Shown piece by piece: positions 1 to 10,441 of a stretch of DNA of 64,000 bases. Source of the DNA: Nitrosopumilus sp. (GTDB lineage Archaea > Thermoproteota > Nitrososphaeria > Nitrososphaerales > Nitrosopumilaceae); NCBI GenBank assembly GCA_965203315.1, contig OZ241857.1, forward strand, positions 1,152,001-1,216,000, written 5' to 3'. How positions within the stretch are numbered: position 1 is the stretch's first letter; every line of letters begins with the position of its first letter. The notes below the pieces were generated by a model, which was given only the letters and a program-made list of their open reading frames with translations, made no database searches and was not told the origin of the DNA. The translations under genes were made by a program, and so were the position numbers.

Positions 1-2334
1 TCCTTTTAGTCCTAGTTCGTGCGCAAAGAGATAGGCAGATTTTACATCTTCGGCAGTCACATCATAAGGCATATTGATCGTCTTTGCTATTGCATTTCCA
101 ATCCAAGTCTGCCACACACTTTGAGCCAAGAGATGATCTGCCCAATGAATATCCATTGCAGTAACAAAGATCTCTTGCATCCATTTTGGTATCTCGTCGA
201 TACCACGAAGTGATCCATAGTTGTCTGCAATCTTTGCTAGTATCTCATCGTTGTATAGTTGATGTTCTTTTAACGTCTCTTCGACTATCTTGTTTGTGTA
301 AAAGAATCGTCCAACTGTGACACGTTTCTCAAAGACTAGTGCAAATGCAGGCTCCATTCCATTGCTACAATCCGCAATCATAGATAGTGTACCTGTTGGT
401 GCAATAGTAGTTGTCAGAACATTTCGAATTCCATACTGTTTGATCTTTGTGATCAATGCGTCCCACTCGTACGAGTGAGAGTCTTTTGGTTTCTCATAGT
501 ATCCTGCAACAGGAATCTTGCCTTCCGGATACTCGGTCTTGCTGCATAATGGGAACTCGCCACGAGATTTTGCAAGTGCAACACTCTCTTCCATGGAATA
601 GTATGTTAACGCCTCTGACAGTTTGGATTGTAACGAGTATCCTTCTTTAGAGTTGTATGGGATACGAAGTTTGTACAATAGATCTGCAACTCCCATAACT
701 CCCAATCCAATTCTTCGTGATTCTCTAGACGCTACATTGATCTCTGGTACTGGATAATTGTTTACATCAATAATGTTGTCTAAGAATCGAGTTGTCTTAC
801 GGATGGTCTCTTCGTATCGTTGCCAATCAAATTCATATGTTCCATCTGCTTGTCTCTTTACAAGATTAGCTAAATTGATCGAACCCAAGTTGCAAGACTC
901 GTATGGATATAGACTCTGTTCGCCACATGGATTGGTAGCTCGTAACGGAGATTGACGAGCTTTTGCAAATACATTATACTTGTTGATATTATCAAAAAAG
1001 ATCAGACCGGGTTCGGCACTCTTCCATGCAGATAGCGCAATTAAATCAATTAATTGGTGTGAGTTGATCTCTTTTACCGGTTTGTTATTACGAGGGCTAC
1101 GAAGCATATAGCTGCCGTCAGTTGTGTTGACTAGTGAATTCCAAAAGTCTTCCCAGACTCCAACACTGACATTAAAGTTTTCTAATATACCGGGATTTGT
1201 TTTGTTTGTGATAAACTTTTCAACATCGGGATGCCACACCTCGATTATTCCCATATTTGCTCCACGACGTTTTCCACCTTGTTTTACTACTTCGGTTACA
1301 GTATTGATTATATTCATAAATGATACAGGACCTGATGCAACGCCAGATGTTGACGCAACAATATCCCCCTCTTCGCGAAGATTAGAATAGTTTATTCCCA
1401 CTCCGCCTCCAGACTTGAAGATCATTGCAGCATCAGATGTACATTTCATGATATCTTCCATGTCATCATCCATACCTAACACAAAACATGCAGATAGTTG
1501 ACCCAGACGCCCTCCTGCATTCATCATTGTGGGTGAGTTTGGTAGAAAGTCTTGGGATATCATTAGATCATAGTACTCTTTTACCTTATCAGCATAGTTG
1601 TCTAGCTTTTTGGCTACAAGCAGAGTCAATAGCTTTTTAAAGTTGACTTTCATCTTACCGCTGTTTGCCAGATTTATGTAATGGTGGATCAAGGCTCTAA
1701 AATGCCACTTGTTAAGATAGTATGGACCGATCTTGAACTTGTAGTCAAAGGCATCAAGTTTATCAAGATATGACTTTGCTTCATCTATATCTCTCTTATA
1801 GTGTCCCTCCTTGTCAAAGAGCTGTGAATCATACAGCATATCACCAACTCCAACTAGTATTGCAACTCGTTCAAACATTGCCGTTGGAGACTCGATTATC
1901 TCGTTCTTACCGTTTCTGAATAGGTAACGAGACGCCAATACTCGTAGGCAGTTGAGATCAAACTGTTTTGAGACAGGATCGAGAGACTTTAGGTTCAATA
2001 CCTTCATCTTTTCATCTCTGAGCTTTCGCCTCTCATGACGATATACGATATACGCTTTGGCAATGTCGCTATGGCCACTATCGATCAGCGTAGACTCGAC
2101 AATATCTTGAATGTCTTCAACTGTTGGTATATGTGATTGTGTGAATCCCTGTTCGACTAGTTTGTGGATGACCTTCCCTGCTAGTTGATCAGATAGGTTA
2201 CGATCTGGTTTGGATACTGCAGTTAGAGCTTTGAATATGGCATTAGATATTTTGTCTTGGTTGAAATTGGTTATTGCTCCACTCCTCTTACGAATTTCAT
2301 GTATAGTGCTCTCAATTTGGGAATTATCTGACAT
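1..2334 (-). CDS. nrdJ: Class II (adenosylcobalamin-dependent) ribonucleotide reductase with N-terminal ATP cone; 3' end runs off the window
   Basis: Absent from the ORF track because no stop falls in the window. Manual translation from ATG 2334: MSDNSQIESTIHEIRKRSGAITNFNQDKISNAIFKA (ATP cone), FLPNSPTMMNAG, GQLSACFVL, ATNPCGEQ..ESCNLGSINL, TTIAPTGT. Confidence 0.93.
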   Translation of the reverse strand, partial: MSDNSQIESTIHEIRKRSGAITNFNQDKISNAIFKALTAVSKPDRNLSDQLAGKVIHKLVEQGFTQSHIPTVEDIQDIVESTLIDSGHSDIAKAYIVYRHERRKLRDEKMKVLNLKSLDPVSKQFDLNCLRVLASRYLFRNGKNEIIESPTAMFERVAILVGVGDMLYDSQLFDKEGHYKRDIDEAKSYLDKLDAFDYKFKIGPYYLNKWHFRALIHHYINLANSGKMKVNFKKLLTLLVAKKLDNYADKVKEYYDLMISQDFLPNSPTMMNAGGRLGQLSACFVLGMDDDMEDIMKCTSDAAMIFKSGGGVGINYSNLREEGDIVASTSGVASGPVSFMNIINTVTEVVKQGGKRRGANMGIIEVWHPDVEKFITNKTNPGILENFNVSVGVWEDFWNSLVNTTDGSYMLRSPRNNKPVKEINSHQLIDLIALSAWKSAEPGLIFFDNINKYNVFAKARQSPLRATNPCGEQSLYPYESCNLGSINLANLVKRQADGTYEFDWQRYEETIRKTTRFLDNIIDVNNYPVPEINVASRESRRIGLGVMGVADLLYKLRIPYNSKEGYSLQSKLSEALTYYSMEESVALAKSRGEFPLCSKTEYPEGKIPVAGYYEKPKDSHSYEWDALITKIKQYGIRNVLTTTIAPTGTLSMIADCSNGMEPAFALVFEKRVTVGRFFYTNKIVEETLKEHQLYNDEILAKIADNYGSLRGIDEIPKWMQEIFVTAMDIHWADHLLAQSVWQTWIGNAIAKTINMPYDVTAEDVKSAYLFAHELGLKG

Positions 2335-2700
2335 AAGTTATGATTTAGAAGAATTGTTTGTATATAACTTTAACATAGATAACAAATTTGATTTTAATAA
2401 AATATATGCATAAATGACTATAGAAGACGGGAATGCACAATACTATGATCTCTTGAGACTAGTTGCTCACACGTATAGTAAATTGATGATCTAAAATAGA
2501 CTAAAAATATTGACAATAGTATGATAAATATTGGATATAGATTCAGGTATTGATCATGTACAATTGTACAAGACATAATACTTGGTATTGTAGACTTGTC
2601 AACTAGAATCACTAGTTGATCTAAAGAGTGATTTGATCGACAGAGTCTGTTAGAAATATTACAAGGAGGTTATATAAGGAATGCCAATTATTTCTCACTA

Positions 2701-4800
2701 TTACAGTTGATCAGAATAGATGTATGGTGATTTACATTTGGGGCACTTTTCCACAAAAGGTTGATCTTTGAATCCACACTCCCCACATACAGCGATCCGC
2801 TTGAGTGGTTTAAACATAGGTAGTAGAGCTGATGCCTTTTCGATTATAGTTTTGATCGTCTCAGCCGTTGCATCGTCACCTATATTTATTGTGACTAGTA
2901 GACCTCCATTGAGTCTCTTTGAGATCGCATTTGACTCTGATATGATCTTACTCTTTGGTGTAAGTTTATCGATCTCTGACGCCTCGATCTTTACACCCTG
3001 CGAATAAGGTATACCTTCCATCGAGTTTGTAGTAGAGTTCTTGCCATACTTTTCGCCGTCTAGGCGTGGAAATCGCTCTGAACCTTCCACGGTTGTCATA
3101 GAGATGGTAACCACATCGCCTGTCTCCTTGGCTGCCTTGTTGGCAACATCTATCGCCGTCTCGATGATCTTGTTGGCGATCTCTTTACCAGCCTTGTCTT
3201 CATATCCTAAAATGTCAAAGACCGACTCTTTCATCCCGATCAGATTTATCACAAGAGATATTGAGCTCTTTTGCATATACTGTGTATTTTTAGCTAATAT
3301 GGGATTGAGACCTCGACGTGTAAGATCTGATACGTCCTTCTTTCGTATGATCATAGAAGACAAGGCAGGCTTTAACAATAGTGCAAGTCTAGCTCTAAAG
3401 TAAGTCTCATCTTTATTTGACTCTAATGCAAGTCTTGGTAGATTTATCGATACAGACTCTAATGTGAGGAGAAGTGGACCTGTATTCTTTGTGGGGTTAC
3501 CAACTATACCATAACTTGATGTACGGCCCCGAGAAAATGATACATTTCCTCCCAAATTTATAATCTCAGATATTATATTAGATACATCAGATATCTTTCC
3601 AACTGTATGATCAATTATCAAACCAATCTTTGCCAATGTAGTTATCTCGACATATCGTTTGTATGATTTGAGTATTGCACCAACTATCTTTTTGTCTGAA
3701 TCAAGGGAGAGATGAATAGATACCATAGTCTTGTGTCCATTATACTTTGATGTTGATATGCTAGTAAATATGCCAAAGAGTTTTTGTTCTAGCTCTTCTA
3801 GATTCTTGGAATGTTTTGCAAATATCTGTTGCATTCCATAAACGACTATCTCTTTTGATGCTTCTCTAGACAAGAGTGATATTATAATTGATAACGAGTT
3901 TGAAACATCATCAAGATATTTTGATGGCGGAATTCTAGATATATCAAGATATTTTCCTCCAAGATCAACTCCATTACTCAAGATATCTTTAATGTTTACA
4001 AATATTGTATCAGGTAACATTGACCATAATCCCGGATTTGTTATGTGTAGATCGCCGGATAGATGTGCATCGGCCATATCTTTGGTCAATACATTTGTGA
4101 GAATATTCTCTGCAAATACCCGCTGACCTGCATCTAACAATATACCTTCAGCTCCGTTATTCATATGATCTGAGTTTGAGAGCATCGAGTGCACATCATA
4201 GACGGGCATTCCTAGTCGAACAAGTTTGTTACGATACTCTTCGCTTCCATGCTCGATGAGAACAGAGTTTACCATCTCACGGATTAGAGCGCCTGTAAGG
4301 TATGTAGGCTGATATTTGTATATTTTAGTCTCAACCTCTTCTGTTATCTTTTGTGCAAGTTCAAGTGATAGATTTCCTTCACGTACAAGAGACTGAATTA
4401 TCTTGTGAGAGTTAAACTCTTCAACAGATTCATCAGATGTTCTGACATACATCTTGCCACTCTCGATTACAGATCGTTCTTCGATCTGTCTCGTAAGACT
4501 TAGAACTAGTTTGCCGATATTTGTGATCGTGTATCGCTTTTCTGATTTGTTTAGTGAAACAAGAGACTGTCTCAATAGTTTTCGCAGATGATAAGCAAAC
4601 TTGCCACTATCTTTTTTGGATATAAAACCAGCTAGTGATTTTAGTTCAGAGTAGGTTAATGGAGCTTTAGAGTTTAAGATTCTGAGGATATCAATTCTAT
4701 TAGGACTTGCCATTACAGAGAATATCATTCTGACACGTTTGGAGGTAGATTGATTTCTGCCACCGCGTTTTGATTCGGTTATCTCCTCACTAAATGCCAT
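2701..4800 (-). CDS. ArsR-like wHTH + ATP cone + degenerate class III RNR (NrdD-like) fusion, 699 aa
   Basis: SPNRIDILRIL..LTYSELK..FAYHLRKL (wHTH); VRTSDESVEEFNSHKI (ATP cone); DAHLSGDLHI, SINLPRLA and C-terminal CxxC..CxxC (NrdD-like). No RxxGY glycyl-radical loop. Confidence 0.8.
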   Translation of the reverse strand: MAFSEEITESKRGGRNQSTSKRVRMIFSVMASPNRIDILRILNSKAPLTYSELKSLAGFISKKDSGKFAYHLRKLLRQSLVSLNKSEKRYTITNIGKLVLSLTRQIEERSVIESGKMYVRTSDESVEEFNSHKIIQSLVREGNLSLELAQKITEEVETKIYKYQPTYLTGALIREMVNSVLIEHGSEEYRNKLVRLGMPVYDVHSMLSNSDHMNNGAEGILLDAGQRVFAENILTNVLTKDMADAHLSGDLHITNPGLWSMLPDTIFVNIKDILSNGVDLGGKYLDISRIPPSKYLDDVSNSLSIIISLLSREASKEIVVYGMQQIFAKHSKNLEELEQKLFGIFTSISTSKYNGHKTMVSIHLSLDSDKKIVGAILKSYKRYVEITTLAKIGLIIDHTVGKISDVSNIISEIINLGGNVSFSRGRTSSYGIVGNPTKNTGPLLLTLESVSINLPRLALESNKDETYFRARLALLLKPALSSMIIRKKDVSDLTRRGLNPILAKNTQYMQKSSISLVINLIGMKESVFDILGYEDKAGKEIANKIIETAIDVANKAAKETGDVVTISMTTVEGSERFPRLDGEKYGKNSTTNSMEGIPYSQGVKIEASEIDKLTPKSKIISESNAISKRLNGGLLVTINIGDDATAETIKTIIEKASALLPMFKPLKRIAVCGECGFKDQPFVEKCPKCKSPYIYSDQL

Positions 4801-4848
4801 AGTTGTCGTTTAAAAAAGGACTAAATAAGACTTTTGATTATATCTTTT

Positions 4849-5010
4849 TTATCTCTCATCAACATCAAGTGTAAACTCTGATGTAGATAATCTCTGTCCG
4901 CAAGAAGGACATCGTCCATTATGTTGATTCATTACATCTCTGATAGATTTTAACATCTTCATATTGACAATGTTTTCTCCACACTTACCACAAGTTACTT
5001 CAACTGACAT
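4849..5010 (-). CDS. Small zinc-ribbon protein, 53 aa
   Basis: Below the ORF-track cutoff: MSVEVTCGKCGENIVNMKMLKSIRDVMNQHNGRCPSCGQRLSTSEFTLDVDER; two CxxC motifs; TATA-like sequence upstream. Confidence 0.8.
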   Translation of the reverse strand: MSVEVTCGKCGENIVNMKMLKSIRDVMNQHNGRCPSCGQRLSTSEFTLDVDER

Positions 5011-5116
5011 TAAAGAAAGTAATAGTTGATATATAATTTAAGTGAATCTGATTATAATATGATCTATCATAATCAAATAATGTGTTGTAATACTTGTTGT
5101 ATACCAGTAGACAAGA

Positions 5117-5485
5117 CTAGTTGATCTTTTCTATTAGGATGCCACGATTATCGAATCCAACTATATGTGCTCTTGTGCCGACAGGTAGATCAGCTGGAGT
5201 AGATATTCCTCCCATGAATCCAGATATTCGTAGATCAGAGTTATCTAGATCTAGTACAACAAAAGCATAAGGAGTATATGCTTCAAAACCAGTAGGAGGT
5301 ACTGTAATTATGGTATATGTGACAATAGAACCTATACCTTCTAGTTTAACTGGTTCAAAGTTGGATGCACCGCAACTCTGACAAAAGTATACTGTAGATA
5401 GATGAGCATGTCCACACTTTGTACATCTGTGAGTTAAAATTTTGCCCTCTTTTGCACACTCGATTAGTTGTTCTTTAACTGTCAT
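5117..5485 (-). CDS. DUF35 Zn-ribbon/OB-fold protein (thiolase partner)
   Basis: CTKC..CQSC followed by OB-fold (GSIVTYT, PYAFVVLDL); directly downstream of the thiolase. Confidence 0.9.
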   Translation of the reverse strand: MTVKEQLIECAKEGKILTHRCTKCGHAHLSTVYFCQSCGASNFEPVKLEGIGSIVTYTIITVPPTGFEAYTPYAFVVLDLDNSDLRISGFMGGISTPADLPVGTRAHIVGFDNRGILIEKIN

Positions 5486-5487
5486 GA

Positions 5488-6642
5488 TTATACACTTTGA
5501 AATATGTGGACGGCACAGCTTGCCCCAGTTGCTCCAAAATTATGTGTCAGACCAATCTTGGCATTCTTGACAGTTCTTGCTCCTGCTTGACCAGTAAGCT
5601 GTTCAAAGACTTCAACGACTTGGCCAACTCCAGTTGCGCCTATAGGATGTCCTTTAGATTTTAGGCCACCAGATGGATTAACCGATATGTCAGAGTTTAA
5701 TTTGGTTCGATCTTCACGAACAGCTTGCACACCTTTGCCCTTGTCAAAGAATCCTAGATCTTCAGTATCTACAATCTCTGCAATAGTAAAACAGTCATGT
5801 AGTTCGACAAAATCAACGTCAGATGGTTTAATGTTTGCCATCTTGTATGCTGCATCTGCAGCTATCTTTGTACTGGGAATAGTCGTCATCTGTTCACGAC
5901 CTTGTAGTGCTGCAGGTGACCCGCCTCGACCTGAGCCAATCACTTGAACATAGTCACCGCCATGCTCTTTTGCAAACTTTTCAGAACATAGTATAACGGA
6001 ACTGGCACCGTCAGAGAATGGACAGCAGTCATAGAGCTTTAATGGACTAGCGACAACTGCCGAGTTCATCACATCATCTACGGTAATCTTCTTTTGTAGA
6101 TGTGCTTTTGGGTTCAACAGTCCATTCTCATGGTTCTTTACTGCAACTTTTGCAAAGTCTTCTTCGGTTGCGTCAAACTCGGATAGATATGCACGGGCCA
6201 TAGATGCAAAGAGTCCTGGAAATGATGCACCAGCTTGACCTTCATAGAAAAAGTCAGAACAGTATGCAAAATAGGTCGTAGTCCACTCGGTACCAGTATG
6301 TGTGACCTTTTCGACACCAGTAACTAGCAAGCAGTCATAAAATCCAGCTGCTACATTTGCATATGCCTCTCTAAATGATACAGAACCGCTTCCACAAGCT
6401 GATTCAATCGATAGTGATGGTCTATCTGATATGCCCAAATTACTCATAAGAACAGGTCCTAGATGAACTTGCTTGTCGGCTACTCCGAATACGTTTGAGA
6501 TGTAGCCTGCTTTGACGTCTTTTGGCGAGATTCCTGCACTCTCTATGGCAGATACAGATGCCATTGTTGTAATATCTACTATACTGTCGTTTAATTTACC
6601 ATATTTGGTGCTACCGCCACCAAGAACACAGACTTTCTCCAC
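5488..6642 (-). CDS. Archaeal acetyl-CoA acetyltransferase (thiolase)
   Basis: ESACGSG, CCPFSDGA, ELHDCF, NPSGGLKSKGHPIGATG motifs. Confidence 0.93.
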   Translation of the reverse strand: MEKVCVLGGGSTKYGKLNDSIVDITTMASVSAIESAGISPKDVKAGYISNVFGVADKQVHLGPVLMSNLGISDRPSLSIESACGSGSVSFREAYANVAAGFYDCLLVTGVEKVTHTGTEWTTTYFAYCSDFFYEGQAGASFPGLFASMARAYLSEFDATEEDFAKVAVKNHENGLLNPKAHLQKKITVDDVMNSAVVASPLKLYDCCPFSDGASSVILCSEKFAKEHGGDYVQVIGSGRGGSPAALQGREQMTTIPSTKIAADAAYKMANIKPSDVDFVELHDCFTIAEIVDTEDLGFFDKGKGVQAVREDRTKLNSDISVNPSGGLKSKGHPIGATGVGQVVEVFEQLTGQAGARTVKNAKIGLTHNFGATGASCAVHIFQSV

Positions 6643-6709
6643 AAGATCGATTGATTTTGATCCATATAAAAATCGTTTAGTATTATGTTGAACTGTACAT
6701 AGATATCAG

Positions 6710-7123
6710 ATGGCACAAGACAGACATATCATAAAGCTGACAAAGGGTAAGACTACTGCATTCAAGAGAGAGATCTTGCAGTATATGGATCCTAATGGAT
6801 TCATCTCGTGGTCAGCAAAGGAGAAAAAGTATGTCATACTTGGAACGAGTACTCCAAAGAAGGGTCTTGTGACATGTCCCAACTGTAAGATTGGTGAACT
6901 GATGGTTGTGAGATCAATGAAGACTAGAAAGAGATTCATCGGTTGTTCCAACTTTTATAGTGGCTGTAATGCATCCTCGCCTCTGTTACAGAGAGCACGA
7001 CTGCGAGCTACAAAGAGTCCATGTGAGATATGTAAATGGCCAATCATATTATTTCGATATTCACGAAATGAAAAATGGCAAAGACGATGTTCCAATATAA
7101 AATGCAAGACTAACAAATCTTAG
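6710..7123 (+). CDS. Topoisomerase IA C4 zinc-finger domain protein
   Basis: CPNC..GELM..RKRFIGCSNF..C and CEIC..CSNIKC resemble TopA C-terminal zinc ribbons. Confidence 0.75.
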   Translation: MAQDRHIIKLTKGKTTAFKREILQYMDPNGFISWSAKEKKYVILGTSTPKKGLVTCPNCKIGELMVVRSMKTRKRFIGCSNFYSGCNASSPLLQRARLRATKSPCEICKWPIILFRYSRNEKWQRRCSNIKCKTNKS

Positions 7124-7920
7124 TCTATCTTGTACAGACTAGATCTTCTATTCTTCAAGAGTGGTAATGCTTTACGTGTATGTATGATCTTTTTTGGATC
7201 AATTGTTACGATTCCAATCCCTTGTCGTTTCTTCATGTCGATCAGTATCTTGCCAAATGGATCTACTACCAAGCTACGACCACAATAGATATTTCCAACT
7301 TGATCAGGAGCAATTACATAACAACCGTTCTCAATCGCACGTGTCCGGGTTATTGCAAGCCAGTGCTCTTCTTTCATGTACCCCTGTACCCACGCAGACG
7401 GTACAACTAGACATTCAGAACCAGCAACAGCTAGTGTACGCGACATCTCTGGAAATCTCAAGTCATAGCATATCATAACTCCTAGTTTGCCAATAGATGT
7501 ACTGACTGGTTTTGTGATGACTGAACCAGCAACCAACTTTGTAGATTCACGAAAACCTAGTGCATCGTACAGATGGATCTTGCGATATGTAGAGACCAGT
7601 CTGCCATTCTTGTCAGATATGAATACTGTATCGTATACACGATCTTTTACTGAACTCGTTTCATAAAGAGAACCGACTACTTGAATCTTGTACTGTTTAG
7701 CAGCAGAGAGAATACTCTGAACAAAGTTACCATCTAGTGGCTCTGCCATGCTAGCAAGTTGATGAGGCGTCTGTTTTGAATCTGTATAAAACATCATAAA
7801 CTCTGGAAACGCACACAGTACTGCGCCTTGTGCAGCTGCTTTTGAGATATAATTAATGATTCGTTTGAGATTTACAGTCTTGTCACGATGAGCTTTAAAT
7901 TGAACTAGACCTACTTTCAT
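7120..7920 (-). CDS. Carbon-nitrogen hydrolase (nitrilase superfamily)
   Basis: FPE, YRKIHL, ICYDLRFPE catalytic triad motifs. Start reassigned to MKVGLVQ at 7920. Confidence 0.9.
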   Translation of the reverse strand: MKVGLVQFKAHRDKTVNLKRIINYISKAAAQGAVLCAFPEFMMFYTDSKQTPHQLASMAEPLDGNFVQSILSAAKQYKIQVVGSLYETSSVKDRVYDTVFISDKNGRLVSTYRKIHLYDALGFRESTKLVAGSVITKPVSTSIGKLGVMICYDLRFPEMSRTLAVAGSECLVVPSAWVQGYMKEEHWLAITRTRAIENGCYVIAPDQVGNIYCGRSLVVDPFGKILIDMKKRQGIGIVTIDPKKIIHTRKALPLLKNRRSSLYKID

Positions 7921-7963
7921 GATATCTGTAAAGATACTAGAAATAAAAAGATTAGAGTTGAGA

Positions 7964-8131
7964 TTATTGTGCAAAGAACCAATTCTTTTTTGGATTGTCT
8001 TGAAACACAACGATTACATGACTCTCTTTTGTCTTGAGAATCTCTACTGCAGCCTCTGTTATGGCTTTAGCATATTGACTCTTTTGCTCCTGTGTTCTAC
8101 CAGGATACATCGACACTGTAATCAGTGGCAT
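7964..8131 (-). CDS. 4-oxalocrotonate tautomerase family protein, 55 aa
   Basis: Missed by the ORF track: MPLITVSMYPGRTQEQKSQYAKAITEAAVEILKTKESHVIVVFQDNPKKNWFFAQ; catalytic Pro1 and GRTxEQK signature. Confidence 0.85.
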   Translation of the reverse strand: MPLITVSMYPGRTQEQKSQYAKAITEAAVEILKTKESHVIVVFQDNPKKNWFFAQ

Positions 8132-8358
8132 CAAACTAGCTATATCTCAATGCCAAATGTATCTTTCTAGTAAAGAGTAATTGAAAGCAGGACGTACAGT
8201 ATAGACAACATGATACTTTTTGCATGAAAGTGATTTGATTACTGTCGAGAGGTCAATCAGATCTTTGCTAGTTTAAAATTTCTCATCTATCCGATCGTGT
8301 CTAACAGAACCAATCAAACACAACACTTAAAGTTATTATATCATACACACAACTTGTC

Positions 8359-10296
8359 ATGGGCGAATGGAGACCTGGAAATACTATTATGAAGATTCCA
8401 TTAAAAGATCATACATTAGAGATTACTGGTAAAGATATCCAAGTCTACAACTCTGAAAGAATTTTGTTGATTGTTCGGATGAGAGATATTAAAGCAATCA
8501 CCCCAAGAGAAGAAAATAGTATTTGTATATATTATGATAAAATAGGGTGTCATCCATTCAGACCAGATAGAAAAATATATGAACTCGATAAATCTCAACC
8601 CTCGTCATTGCAAGTTTGTCGTCAGATTCTTAATAAACTTGCAAATATAGGACTAGTACAAAAAAATGAGAAAGGTCTGCTGTGTATAAAACATAATGAG
8701 GAGATTTTAGGGGTATTTCCTAATGTCAGAATACATAAAAATTTTGGTGTACTCTACATTACAAGTTTAAGAATTGTTCACGAAACTGATATTGGAGTAT
8801 TGATGGATATGGACTATTATGATATGGTACATGTCAGAGAACAATCAGAAAATACTATTGAAATAATATGGGAGCATGACGTATCGTCTCTGAAAGATCC
8901 AATATTTTCTTCTAAAATAACTATGTCAAGCAAGTCTGATAGGAAAGTTGCATATTTAAGAATTACTCGGCATATTGCAGGAGTTGATTCGGTGAATAAG
9001 ATATTTTATAAATTGGATAAAGATTTTGGTTCGTTAGATTGTGACAAAATATATGACCTAGCTCGAAATAGTGATAAAGATTTTGATAAATACATATTCA
9101 TATTATCCCTGCTTTCATGTGGATATGTTTCTGATGATTTTACAGATCATGAAAAAGACCTGATTCTAGCATGTAAATTATTGGAATTTGACGAAAAACT
9201 TGTCATGACTATGACCAACGAAGAAGTTCGACAGCGTAACTTTTCTACAAGATATGAGTATTTTTCAGATCGTATAGTAAAGGAATTTGATCTAGATGAA
9301 GATAACATATTAGACTATGTTGAACGCTGTCTAAAATCAGATCAAACTCCAGATCAAACGCAACGAGATATCCAGAGCAGACATTCAGAGATGATGAATG
9401 CAATAAGATTGACTAACAAGATATATGCTGAGTCTCTACGATACTATGACAAACGAGTTATGATTTTATACAAAGAGTGGTGTAAAAGTAATCCTCTACA
9501 AAACTTTACAGACGAGTACGGCAATGAGTGGGTCAATTATCTTTTAAATAAATTAGATACACCTAAAGGACATCATCCCATTGGTGATTATTATCCTAGT
9601 TATCATAATCTAAAATCTATGTTAGAGATTAGAGACAAAAGCCGTTATACACTTACAAACTTTTCAGCTCCAGATCATATAGAACCGAGAGATATCTACA
9701 ACAACTGTTGGTATGACAAGCAACATGAAATGTGGTATGTCCAAGATAGTGACTTGGGTTATATTTTACAGAATATTGCAGACTCTAATCCAGATCGCTC
9801 AGAGGCGATGGTTGGTAGACGTGTATGGGGTTTTAAAAAAGACCGTGTGAATATGTTTTGTGGGTTTCCTAGCGTATTACAAGAGTCCATCTATAAAGAA
9901 AAAGCAATCACAATTACATCTAGTAGAGTCACAGGTCAGACAATGCGTAGATTGTTTTCTGACACTCTCAATTATATACTACCGATACTACGAGATTCGG
10001 ATATCATTCCAGAGATGGAGATCAAATATGGGAGCATGTTCTATAAAACCAGTGAGTTAAAATATATCATTAATCCTTTGGGTGACTATGACATACTTAC
10101 ACCACAGATGGCAAAGTTTAAGAATAAACGATACGACTTTGCAGATATTCCGTTAAATGAGAGAGTTAGAAGGGCACTATTTGTTTTAGAGACAGGTCTC
10201 AGATTTAATCCTCATGCCCCTTTGGAACCATCTACAATAAAGGTTCCAAATCCATATCCAAATACGTTCTATGATGAACGTTTTGAATACGTATAA
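8359..10296 (+). CDS. Hypothetical protein with putative N-terminal PH/GRAM-like domains, at the edge of the defence island
   Basis: 645-aa ORF; GVLYITSLRIV pattern resembles PH/GRAM folds; remainder not recognised. Confidence 0.6.
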   Translation: MGEWRPGNTIMKIPLKDHTLEITGKDIQVYNSERILLIVRMRDIKAITPREENSICIYYDKIGCHPFRPDRKIYELDKSQPSSLQVCRQILNKLANIGLVQKNEKGLLCIKHNEEILGVFPNVRIHKNFGVLYITSLRIVHETDIGVLMDMDYYDMVHVREQSENTIEIIWEHDVSSLKDPIFSSKITMSSKSDRKVAYLRITRHIAGVDSVNKIFYKLDKDFGSLDCDKIYDLARNSDKDFDKYIFILSLLSCGYVSDDFTDHEKDLILACKLLEFDEKLVMTMTNEEVRQRNFSTRYEYFSDRIVKEFDLDEDNILDYVERCLKSDQTPDQTQRDIQSRHSEMMNAIRLTNKIYAESLRYYDKRVMILYKEWCKSNPLQNFTDEYGNEWVNYLLNKLDTPKGHHPIGDYYPSYHNLKSMLEIRDKSRYTLTNFSAPDHIEPRDIYNNCWYDKQHEMWYVQDSDLGYILQNIADSNPDRSEAMVGRRVWGFKKDRVNMFCGFPSVLQESIYKEKAITITSSRVTGQTMRRLFSDTLNYILPILRDSDIIPEMEIKYGSMFYKTSELKYIINPLGDYDILTPQMAKFKNKRYDFADIPLNERVRRALFVLETGLRFNPHAPLEPSTIKVPNPYPNTFYDERFEYV

Positions 10297-10441
10297 TCGT
10301 GGATAGAAACGAGTTTACATTTGTTAATGATTTTCTATTATACTTGGCGATTTACAACCACGACTATTGGTGAATTAGAAATCTATTGATCAATAACATT
10401 CTTGATCGATAAATGTGACGTGAATTTATTTTTGTCCACGA

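Noticed and set aside
1-2334. Intein in nrdJ, and plus-strand ORFs in this interval
   Set aside because: Catalytic motifs are at ordinary spacing with no evident insertion; the plus-strand ORFs are antisense shadows.
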